Sequence record: DRR723986_6726
DNA length: 54,375 bases
Strand: one strand, 5' to 3'
This document shows positions 9,758-17,651 of the stretch, piece after piece. The position numbers and the translations under genes are program-made. Under the pieces are notes generated by a model. That model had not been told where the DNA came from, did no database searches, and saw nothing but the letters and a program-made list of their open reading frames with translations. Every line of letters starts with the position of its first letter. The first letter of the stretch is position 1.

Positions 9758-9773
9758 GGGCATGGATATTGCT
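9758..9773 (+). promoter_or_regulatory. Sigma54 (-24/-12) promoter upstream of amtB
   Basis: gGGCATGGATATTGCT matches TGGCAYGNNNNTTGCW, with exact GG-N10-GC spacing (GG 9759-9760, GC 9771-9772). Confidence 0.72.
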
Positions 9774-9849
9774 TTTAAGCGGGGCAGCGGTCTCTTTCGG
9801 TGGTCATTAACGGCGCGGGCAACACTGCGCGGTCGTCGCCGAAAATTGA

Positions 9850-9862
9850 TAACTATTTGAAA
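9850..9862 (-). promoter_or_regulatory. IHF-like site
   Basis: Minus strand TTTCAAATAGTTA versus WATCAANNNNTTR (one mismatch), inside an AT-rich patch. Confidence 0.35.
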
Positions 9863-9928
9863 TTAAACGAAAAATATCTTTCTGGTGAGGGAGGGCTAAT
9901 TCGATGTCATTGCGAATTAGCGTCAACA

Positions 9929-9976
9929 TGCACCTTAACGGTGCTGCGTCGCTGGATTGTGCTTATAAATAGTGCG
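9929..9976. promoter_or_regulatory. Tandem NtrC-like sites
   Basis: TGCACCTTAACGGTGCT (9929-9945) and TGCTTATAAATAGTGCG (9960-9976); centres 31 bp apart, about three helical turns. Confidence 0.62.
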
Positions 9977-10005
9977 TTTTGTTGCGCAAGTTTGGAGAAA
10001 AGTAA

Positions 10006-11307
10006 ATGAAAATTCCTGTCGTTCGGGCGGCTCTGCCCATTTTTGTTGCATTGGCAGCATTGCTGCCGCAAAGCAGCCTCGCTGCAGAAGCCGATGGCGC
10101 GAATACGGCGTGGATTTTAACGTCCACGGCATTGGTTCTCTTCATGACCTTACCCGGGCTGGCACTGTTCTACGGCGGTCTTGTGCGCAGTAAGAACATC
10201 CTCAGTGTGCTGATGCAGTGCTTTAGTATCACCTGTGTGGCCTCGCTGTTGTGGTTTGCCGTGGCCTACAGCATGGCGTTCTCTGATGGCAACGACTTTG
10301 TCGGCGGTCTCAGCCGTGTTCTTCTGGCCGGAGTAGGGGAAGACAGCTTGGTGGGAGATATCCCCGAGACGGTGTTCGTAATGTTCCAAATGACATTCGC
10401 CATTATTACACCGGCACTCATCGTGGGCGGTTTTGCTGAGCGTATTCGCTTTTCTGCCGTGATGCTGTTTTCGGCACTGTGGCTGCTGGCCGTTTACGCG
10501 CCCATTACCCACTGGGTATGGGGTGGTGGCTGGCTCGGCCAAATGGGGCTGCTCGACTTTGCCGGGGGCACGGTTGTGCACATTACCGCCGGCGTGGCCG
10601 CTCTGGTAGCGGCGATGGTAATGGGGCCGCGTAATGGCTTTGGCAATGTTGCTTTACCGCCCCACAACTTAACGATGACATTCACCGGCGCGGGAATGCT
10701 CTGGGTGGGTTGGTTTGGCTTCAACGCCGGTAGCGCGCTGGCGGCCAATGGCGACGCCGGTATGGCAATGCTGGTGACCCACCTGTCAGCGGCAACCGGC
10801 TGCCTTACCTGGTCACTGGTCGAATGGTGGCGTTACGGTAAACCCAGTGCGCTGGGCGCTGTGACCGGTATGGTGGCCGGGCTTGGTACCATCACACCAG
10901 CATCGGGGTATGTTGGTCCGGCGGGCGCGGTGGTGATTGGTTTGAGCGCAGGCGTTATTTGTTTCTATTGCACGCTGTGGATTAAGCAAGTGTTGAAAAT
11001 TGATGACTCACTGGATGTATTCCCCGTGCACGGTGTTGGCGGTATTCTCGGTACCTTCCTCGCCGGTATTTTTGCCAGCAGTGAGCTGGGGGTTTTCAGT
11101 GGTCAAGGCTTGGCCGAGGGCGTGACAATTGTTGAGCAGCTGAAAGTGCAGCTTATTGGTATCGGGTCGACCTTTGCCTATACCGCGGTAGTGAGTTTTG
11201 CGCTGTTTAAACTGGTTGATAAGTTGATTGGCCTGCGCGTTACCGCTGATGAGGAATCGGAAGGTTTGGACATTACTGGCCACAACGAGGTCGGATACGA
11301 CTTATAA
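10006..11307 (+). CDS. amtB: Ammonium transporter AmtB
   Basis: LVLFMTLPGLALFYGGLVR, FQMTFAIIT, and both twin-His motifs (DFAGGTVVH, DDSLDVFPVHGVGG). N-terminal signal peptide; GGAG RBS. Confidence 0.97.
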   Translation: MKIPVVRAALPIFVALAALLPQSSLAAEADGANTAWILTSTALVLFMTLPGLALFYGGLVRSKNILSVLMQCFSITCVASLLWFAVAYSMAFSDGNDFVGGLSRVLLAGVGEDSLVGDIPETVFVMFQMTFAIITPALIVGGFAERIRFSAVMLFSALWLLAVYAPITHWVWGGGWLGQMGLLDFAGGTVVHITAGVAALVAAMVMGPRNGFGNVALPPHNLTMTFTGAGMLWVGWFGFNAGSALAANGDAGMAMLVTHLSAATGCLTWSLVEWWRYGKPSALGAVTGMVAGLGTITPASGYVGPAGAVVIGLSAGVICFYCTLWIKQVLKIDDSLDVFPVHGVGGILGTFLAGIFASSELGVFSGQGLAEGVTIVEQLKVQLIGIGSTFAYTAVVSFALFKLVDKLIGLRVTADEESEGLDITGHNEVGYDL

Positions 11308-11327
11308 TGGCCTAACACCTGACCTGG

Positions 11328-11354
11328 AGCCCGGCAGTTGCCGGGCTTTTTTTT
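11328..11354 (+). terminator. Rho-independent terminator after amtB
   Basis: AGCCCGGCA-GT-TGCCGGGCT inverted repeat followed by a T run. Confidence 0.92.
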
Positions 11355-11363
11355 GGACCAAGT

Positions 11364-11618
11364 ATGCGTGAATTAACTCTGTATGGCACCTCGGCGTGCC
11401 ACTTGTGTGAGCAAGCTGAAGCCCTGCTGGCTAACTTGCTTGCCAGCCATCCGCAGTGGCAAATAGAAGTGGTGGATATCGCTGAGAGTGATGCCCTGAT
11501 TGCCGATTATGGGGAGCGTATCCCGGTATTAGGCGATGGCGACAGGGAGTTGCAGTGGCCGTTTGATAGCGCTGCCGTTGTGACCTTTGTCAGTGAGGGA
11601 GAGGCGTTGTGCAAGTAA
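11364..11618 (+). CDS. Glutaredoxin-like protein (DUF836 type)
   Basis: LYGTSACHLCEQA (CxxC), YGERIPVL (cis-Pro), LQWPFD. Confidence 0.88.
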   Translation: MRELTLYGTSACHLCEQAEALLANLLASHPQWQIEVVDIAESDALIADYGERIPVLGDGDRELQWPFDSAAVVTFVSEGEALCK

Positions 11619-12400
11619 GTGGATTGTGGCGCTATCCGGTAAAATCGTTGGCCGGAGAGTCCCTTTCGACGCTTGATGTCAGTGATTGGGGGCCGCATGG
11701 GGACCGGCGCTGGATGGTCGTTGACCACCGTGGCCAATTCCTTAGCCAAAGGCAGTTGCCGCAGATGTGCGGACTGCATGCAAGGCAAATCGATGGCGGC
11801 ATTATCCTGGAAGACTTGAGCAGCGGCGACTCTCTGCCGGTGGTGAAACCCACTGGCAGTCATCACATGGCTGTTGTTGTTTGGCAGGACCGCTGCTCGG
11901 CCGCGGACGGTGGTGATGAAGCTGCCCGGTGGTTGTCCCGCCGGCTCGGGGTGGAGGTACGACTGTGCTATATGGCCGATGATTTTCACCGGCAGGTCGA
12001 TACCGCTTATGCTCAGCGCGGTGACAGAGTCAGCTTTGCCGACGGTTTTCCTTTTTTGCTGTGCCTGCAGCAGAGTGTTGATGCCTTATCTGAAAGCTAT
12101 GGTAAGCCACTGGCGATGGCGCGTTTTCGGCCCAACCTCGTTGTTGACGGCGCGCCACCCTTTGCGGAAAGGCAGTGGCAGCAATTACGTATCGGCGATG
12201 TTATTTTCGATGTGGTCAAGCCCTGCACTCGCTGCGCGATTCCGACCATTGATCCGCAGACAGGCGAGCGTGAAAAGGCTGTTTTTTCGCTGTTGCGTGA
12301 GCACTGCAGCGAGGGAAAAAATATCATTTTTGGGCAGAATGTTATTCAGCGCGGCCAAGGGCGGATAACCCTTGGCGACGATGTTGAGGTGCGGGCTTAG
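11609..12400 (+). CDS. MOSC domain protein (mARC/YcbX-like, no ferredoxin domain)
   Basis: LWRYPVKSL, GDRRWMVVD, FADGFPFLL, RFRPNLVV, KPCTRC. Confidence 0.92.
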   Translation: MQVSGLWRYPVKSLAGESLSTLDVSDWGPHGDRRWMVVDHRGQFLSQRQLPQMCGLHARQIDGGIILEDLSSGDSLPVVKPTGSHHMAVVVWQDRCSAADGGDEAARWLSRRLGVEVRLCYMADDFHRQVDTAYAQRGDRVSFADGFPFLLCLQQSVDALSESYGKPLAMARFRPNLVVDGAPPFAERQWQQLRIGDVIFDVVKPCTRCAIPTIDPQTGEREKAVFSLLREHCSEGKNIIFGQNVIQRGQGRITLGDDVEVRA

Positions 12401-12401
12401 C

Positions 12402-14348
12402 TCAGGGCGTTTGCAGCTCCTCGAAGGGGCTGATCCGCCGCTCATGCTGAGCCAGAATAGGTTTGCTCAGTTGCAGCTTTTTGCCGTACACCACACTGAA
12501 GGCCATGACATTCTTGATGTACTCACGGGTCTCGCCGTAGGGTAAATTCTCTATCCAGATATCTGCCGGCATATTGCTGTCTTGGCGCATCAATACTCTC
12601 TCCACTCTTGACGGGCCAGCGTTGTATGCGGCGGTGGCGAGAATGCGGTTGCCGTTGAAGCGCTTGAGTAGCTGGCCCAAGTAAAAGCCGCCCATTTCGA
12701 TGTTGGTGTCGGGTTCCAGTAACTCCTTACCACGGGGGACCGGGCGCCCCATTTGTCGTGCAAGGGTGCGAGCGGTGCCGGGCATCAGCTGCATCAAACC
12801 GCGGGCACCAACGGGGGAGCGGGCATCACTGGCAAAGGCGCTTTCTTGTCGGGCGATCGCGTATATCCATTTCAAGTCGATATTTTCTTTCTCGGCGATA
12901 CGCGCAAAGACCGTCTGGTAGGGAGTGGGAAAGCGCAGAGACAAATCGTCCCATTGCCCCGCTTGAATAGCGGTGGCGATGGCCTGGTGAGACCACTGCC
13001 AATCCAAAGCAAGTTGCGCCGCCGCGATTTGTTCTGCGGTGTTTAAGCTTCGCATTGCCTGACGCCACTCAAGTCGGGCTGTGGTTGTTGCGCCGTGCCA
13101 GTACAGCTCGCGCGCGCGCAGAATGGCGCTGTGTTGTTGTACTTCGCTCACCAAGCTGGGGTCGAGGTTGCGTTGGTGGCCCAAGCGATATTCCTGATTC
13201 AATAAATCGGCCGCCATAAAACTGTAGTAGCCGCGATCAGTCGCCATGGCCCTAAGTCGCGTCTCTGCTTCGGGTGTGAATCGCTGATTCTTTTCAATGT
13301 CGGCACGTGCCCACCAGTACTGCCAGTCTGGCTGCTGGCGCAGTTTGGCCGGCAACAGGGCAATGTAGTGGTGTACTGCCTCCCAGTCGCCATCTTTTAA
13401 CGCGAGCCTTACGCGCCACTCGGTGAGGTAGGGGTCTTCAAAGGCGGGGTCATTGGCGTTAATCCAATCCCGGGCGTATTCCGCGTCGCTGGCGATAATT
13501 TGCCGGGCGAAGGCGTCACGAAGCGCGTAGTTTTGCTGGCTACTGAAAGACAATTCCCGCTCTAGTTGGTGCCAGAGCGTATTTGCACGCTCGAAATCGC
13601 TTTTCGCCAAGCGGCGCAGGGTAAGCAATGCCAGCTGGCGGTTCTCGTCGTTGGCCGACAACCCGAAGCCACGGGTATAAAGCAGGCTGGGCTGCTTAAG
13701 CAGCGCGAGCGCATCATCGCTGCCCGGTACGTTTTTAAGTAAATAGATCGCTAGATTGTGCTGTCCGGCGGCAATTGCCAAGCGCGCTCGTTGGCGGCGT
13801 TGTTGGTGGCGTTCCTGTGGTGCTAAGCGGCTTAGCCACTGATCTAATACGCCGTCGCAACGCGTGGGCAGCGAGTGTCCGGTATGCCATAGTTTTTGCG
13901 TTTCTTTGTCCGCTAAGGTGTTATCGCCGGTATGTCGGAGGGCGCTAATATAGGCGCAGCGCAGGCTGCTGATAGGCTTTTTGCGGTAGTAACGTATAAA
14001 TTGCGGCCAGTCGCCCGCGCGACGCAGCTGGTGTAGCCAGGCAATGTGAATACGGCTGCCAACGACCGTGTTACGGTATTGTTGTAGGTAGTAGTCGATG
14101 GTGCCGCTGGCAACGTCGCCAATCTGTGCTTTTAACAACTCCAGTTCAACGTAGGGGAGCAGCGGGTAGTTGGCGAGTGCGGGAAGGTGGCGCTCGGCCT
14201 GTTCGCTGCGACCGCGGCTGATTTCATCCATGGCTTCACGATATACTTGCCGCTGCTCGTTCAACTGGGCATTATCCGCCCAGCATGATGCAGCGCCAAT
14301 TGAAACAAGCAGCGCGAAGAGTCGCGTGCCAATCGTCTTGTTTATCAT
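12402..14348 (-). CDS. slt: Soluble lytic murein transglycosylase Slt70
   Basis: AIARQES (catalytic Glu), GARGLMQLMP, AYNAGP, ETREYIKNV; N-terminal signal peptide and helical repeat region. Confidence 0.93.
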   Translation of the reverse strand: MINKTIGTRLFALLVSIGAASCWADNAQLNEQRQVYREAMDEISRGRSEQAERHLPALANYPLLPYVELELLKAQIGDVASGTIDYYLQQYRNTVVGSRIHIAWLHQLRRAGDWPQFIRYYRKKPISSLRCAYISALRHTGDNTLADKETQKLWHTGHSLPTRCDGVLDQWLSRLAPQERHQQRRQRARLAIAAGQHNLAIYLLKNVPGSDDALALLKQPSLLYTRGFGLSANDENRQLALLTLRRLAKSDFERANTLWHQLERELSFSSQQNYALRDAFARQIIASDAEYARDWINANDPAFEDPYLTEWRVRLALKDGDWEAVHHYIALLPAKLRQQPDWQYWWARADIEKNQRFTPEAETRLRAMATDRGYYSFMAADLLNQEYRLGHQRNLDPSLVSEVQQHSAILRARELYWHGATTTARLEWRQAMRSLNTAEQIAAAQLALDWQWSHQAIATAIQAGQWDDLSLRFPTPYQTVFARIAEKENIDLKWIYAIARQESAFASDARSPVGARGLMQLMPGTARTLARQMGRPVPRGKELLEPDTNIEMGGFYLGQLLKRFNGNRILATAAYNAGPSRVERVLMRQDSNMPADIWIENLPYGETREYIKNVMAFSVVYGKKLQLSKPILAQHERRISPFEELQTP

Positions 14349-14419
14349 CCTTGTGCACCTGCTTTTCCGGCCAGCGATATGGCGCGGCAGTTAACCTTAA
14401 TACCCATGGAAACCACTAT

Positions 14420-16312
14420 ATGCCTTTAATTCGCGGCACTCAATTGCAACACAGCATTGGCCAGCAGACGGTGTTGGATAACACTGATATCCAGCTGGAT
14501 GATGGTGATCGCGTCTGTTTGCTTGGGCGCAATGGTTGCGGAAAGTCGACATTATTGCGCATGGTTGAGGGTGGCCTTCAGCCGGATGCGGGTGAGTTTT
14601 GGCGCCAGCCAGGGCTGGTCATTGCGCGAATGGAGCAAAACCTGGACTTCGCGTCGGCAGATGACTGTGTTTTTGACGTAGTCGCAGGTGGCCTTTCCGA
14701 ACTCGGTGATCTGTTGAAGGGCTATCACAGCCTGACGCACGGCGAAATGAATGATGCCTCGTTAAAAGCGTTAGAGCGTCTACAGCGTCAAATTGAAGCG
14801 GCGGATGGTTGGCGTTTTCAGCAGCGTATCGAGTCGACCCTGAGCCGCCTGGAGTTAGATCCTGAAGCCCCGATCTCATCCCTGTCCGGCGGGTGGTTGC
14901 GTCGCGTATCGCTGGCGAGGGCGCTCGTCGCAGAGCCCGATGTATTGCTGCTGGACGAGCCGACTAACCACCTCGATGTTGAGGGCATTCTGTGGCTAGA
15001 GCAATGCGTTAAAAGCTTTGGTGGCTGCGTGCTTTTCGTCACCCACGACCGTGCACTGATTGAGTCACTGGCTAACCGAATTATTGAGCTGGATCGGGGG
15101 CAACTGAAAAATTACGACGGCACTTACAGTCAGTATCTGCAGCGGCGCGAGCACGAGCTAGAGGTAGAAGCTGAGCACAATGCGTTGTTTGACAAACGCC
15201 TGGCTCAGGAAGAAGTCTGGATTCGCCAGGGTATAAAAGCGCGGCGCACGCGCAATGAAGGGCGGGTCAGGGCGCTTGAGCAAATGCGTAGGGAGCGCGC
15301 CCAGCGCCGTGAGCAGCAGGGTACTGCGCGCCTGAACGTCAACGAAGGGACAAAAACTGGCAAGATTGTTGCCGAGCTGACCGATGTTTGTTTTAGTGTG
15401 CCCGGCCGCGACTTGGTGAAAAACTTTAACCTGTTGCTGAATCGCGGCGACAAGCTGGCTTTGATTGGGCCGAACGGCGCGGGTAAAACGACGCTGCTTA
15501 GGTTGATACTGGGGGAATTGGCTCCTCAGAGCGGCGAGGTCAAGCAGGGGAGCAATCTGCAAGTCGCCTATTTTGATCAATTACGCGACCGCTTAGACCC
15601 CAACGAGCGTGTGGTAGATATCGTCGGCCAGGGGCGAGAGTCGGTTTCGATCAATGGCAGCGAACGGCACATCATGTCGTATTTGGGTGATTTCCTGTTC
15701 ACACCTGAGCGCGCTCGCAGCCATTTTGGTGTGCTGTCAGGGGGGGAGCGCGCACGCGTGCAGCTGGCATGCCTGTTTACGCAGCCGGCAAATGTGCTGG
15801 TGATGGACGAGCCGACCAACGATCTCGATATGGAGACCCTCGAGCTGCTGGAAAGCTTACTCGTTGACTTTAAAGGAACCGTGCTACTGGTCAGCCACGA
15901 TAGGTCTTTTGTCGACAGCGTTGCCAGCAGCTGTCTGCTGTTCGAAGGTAACGGCAATATCAGTGAGCACATTGGCGGGTATAGCGAAGTGGCCGCCTAC
16001 CAGGCGCGCAGGGCGGTGGTAGCGCCTGAAAAACCAAAAGGCGAGAAAAAAGCGACGGCTGCGCCGGCCAAAAAAGCAGCGCGTAAGAAGTTAAGTTACA
16101 AAGATCAGCGCGAGCTCGACAATTTACCTGACAAGATTGACGACCTGGAGACTCAGCTACAGCAGTTGAGCGACCAGAGCGCCAGTGCCGAGTTCTATCA
16201 GCAGGATGCGCAAAAGGTTAACGATACGCTGGCGCGCTTAGCGGCGCTCCAAGAGGAACTGGATAGCTGTATGGAGCGCTGGATGGAATTGTCTGAGGCG
16301 GCGGGAGACTAA
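14420..16312 (+). CDS. uup: ABC-F family ATPase Uup
   Basis: Two ABC domains (GRNGCGKST/LSGGW, GPNGAGKTT/LSGGE), QEEVWIRQGIKARRTRNEGRVRAL linker, C-terminal KLSYKDQRELD coiled coil. Start moved to ATG 14420. Confidence 0.94.
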   Translation: MPLIRGTQLQHSIGQQTVLDNTDIQLDDGDRVCLLGRNGCGKSTLLRMVEGGLQPDAGEFWRQPGLVIARMEQNLDFASADDCVFDVVAGGLSELGDLLKGYHSLTHGEMNDASLKALERLQRQIEAADGWRFQQRIESTLSRLELDPEAPISSLSGGWLRRVSLARALVAEPDVLLLDEPTNHLDVEGILWLEQCVKSFGGCVLFVTHDRALIESLANRIIELDRGQLKNYDGTYSQYLQRREHELEVEAEHNALFDKRLAQEEVWIRQGIKARRTRNEGRVRALEQMRRERAQRREQQGTARLNVNEGTKTGKIVAELTDVCFSVPGRDLVKNFNLLLNRGDKLALIGPNGAGKTTLLRLILGELAPQSGEVKQGSNLQVAYFDQLRDRLDPNERVVDIVGQGRESVSINGSERHIMSYLGDFLFTPERARSHFGVLSGGERARVQLACLFTQPANVLVMDEPTNDLDMETLELLESLLVDFKGTVLLVSHDRSFVDSVASSCLLFEGNGNISEHIGGYSEVAAYQARRAVVAPEKPKGEKKATAAPAKKAARKKLSYKDQRELDNLPDKIDDLETQLQQLSDQSASAEFYQQDAQKVNDTLARLAALQEELDSCMERWMELSEAAGD

Positions 16313-16740
16313 CCCACTCGTACAGACAAAACGTCGCACTTGGCCCCGTGTAATACCGCGTTTGCTGTGGAGCCAAGTAGCAGGGCGAGCCCTTTGCGGC
16401 CGTGGCTGCCCACGACAATCAGGTCGCAGTCTAGCTCTTCGCTGAGTTGGTGGATGTGGGCCTCCGGGCGGCCAGTAAGCAGGTGACAGTTGTCGGTTTG
16501 AATGCCGTATTGGTCGGCATAGCGCTTAAGACTGTTTTCCGCTTGTTGTTGCAGCTCTTCCTGTATCCCTGAGAAGTCCATGGGGATATCGCCGCCGTAG
16601 GCCAGGCTCAGGGGTTCAACGACGTGTAGAAGATGCAATTCCGCTTGATGCTGGCGGGCCATGGCTGCCGCGCGTTGCAATACCGGAATCGCCTCATCCG
16701 AGAGGTCGATCGCCGTCAATATCCGTTGGTAGTTGGCCAT
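16309..16740 (-). CDS. Universal stress protein (UspA family)
   Basis: YQRILTAIDLS and DLIVVGSHGRKGLALLLGSTANAVLHGAKCDVL; AGGAG RBS before ATG 16740. Confidence 0.93.
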   Translation of the reverse strand: MANYQRILTAIDLSDEAIPVLQRAAAMARQHQAELHLLHVVEPLSLAYGGDIPMDFSGIQEELQQQAENSLKRYADQYGIQTDNCHLLTGRPEAHIHQLSEELDCDLIVVGSHGRKGLALLLGSTANAVLHGAKCDVLSVRVG

Positions 16741-16833
16741 GGTTTCTCCTTGCGCTGTACTTGCGGTGAGTCTATACGACATTTTATAGCACGGGTTGTA
16801 CGACCAGTGTGTAATGATTTATTAAGGATAACC

Positions 16834-17286
16834 ATGTTCTGGATCATCGCGGCGGCGGTTTTAGCATTTATGTTGGCGCCGATATTGTGGATCATTCCCA
16901 GCCCGCGCCAGCGCTTGCAGGCGGCACTTCGCGATCGGGCGAGAGCGCTGGGTGTTACCGTGCAGATCACTCAGCTGCCGCAAACCCGTCGCCAAAAAGT
17001 GCGCAAGGAAGAAACCGTCAACGGGCTATGCTATGCCATGACCCTGCCAAAAGCCCGCGCCGGCGAGCGCTGGCGATATTGGCCCGATGGCGCCGAAGAC
17101 GATGTGCCCGGTCCGCCTGCTGCGGTGCAAGATCGCATTGCCGGCCTGCGTGACCGGCTGCCGAAAGACACCATAGTGATCGAGGCCAGTGGCCGAATGG
17201 TAAAAGTGTTTTGGCGCGAGGCGAACGCGGATATCGCGGCAGTTGAAAATTTGGCTGATATCCTCAATACACTAGTATCAGATTAA
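16834..17286 (+). CDS. Hypothetical protein with N-terminal transmembrane anchor
   Basis: AAGGA RBS then MFWIIAAAVLAFMLAPILWIIPSPRQR; 150 aa; upstream of the DUF1653 gene and topA. Confidence 0.7.
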   Translation: MFWIIAAAVLAFMLAPILWIIPSPRQRLQAALRDRARALGVTVQITQLPQTRRQKVRKEETVNGLCYAMTLPKARAGERWRYWPDGAEDDVPGPPAAVQDRIAGLRDRLPKDTIVIEASGRMVKVFWREANADIAAVENLADILNTLVSD

Positions 17287-17295
17287 GGTTGGAGT

Positions 17296-17535
17296 ATGTC
17301 GCAACAGACAAAGGTAGAGCTTGGTCGTTATCGGCACTATAAAGGTGGTGAGTACCAGGTCTACGGCGTAGCGCGTCACAGTGAATCCGAAGAGCTGCTG
17401 GTGGTATATCGCCCCTTGTACGGGCAGTCAGAGCTATGGGTTCGGCCTGTTGATATGTTTCTCGAGCATGTTGATATCGACGGTACCTCGACGCCCCGTT
17501 TTGCGCTGATTGAGCAAAATAAGGAAGCCATTTAG
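17296..17535 (+). CDS. DUF1653 domain protein
   Basis: GRYRHYKGGEYQV...HSESEELLVVYRPLYG...WVRP...PRF signature. Confidence 0.9.
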   Translation: MSQQTKVELGRYRHYKGGEYQVYGVARHSESEELLVVYRPLYGQSELWVRPVDMFLEHVDIDGTSTPRFALIEQNKEAI

Positions 17536-17569
17536 GGGCGATGTCGGGTTGGCATTATTGTGACCAGCC

Positions 17570-17598
17570 TTGACCACCGAGGATTGAACACTTATATA
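17570..17598 (+). promoter_or_regulatory. Putative sigma70 promoter for topA
   Basis: TTGACC-N17-TATATA. Confidence 0.45.
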
Positions 17599-17651
17599 TG
17601 TCGCCTCGCCACTGGCGCGTCATCTAATCGCATTTTGCAGATAAGGGTAAT

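Noticed and set aside
9640..9900. A minus-strand sigma54 promoter for iclR that would explain the NtrC sites conventionally
   Set aside because: Manual scan found no convincing GG-N10-GC with a consensus context on the minus strand.
14285..14419. N-terminal extensions in the ORF track (uup; also 16633, 24075, 33458, 45241, 48948, 50278, 51098)
   Set aside because: Most overlap neighbouring genes; downstream starts match family N-termini and, in most cases, RBS positions.
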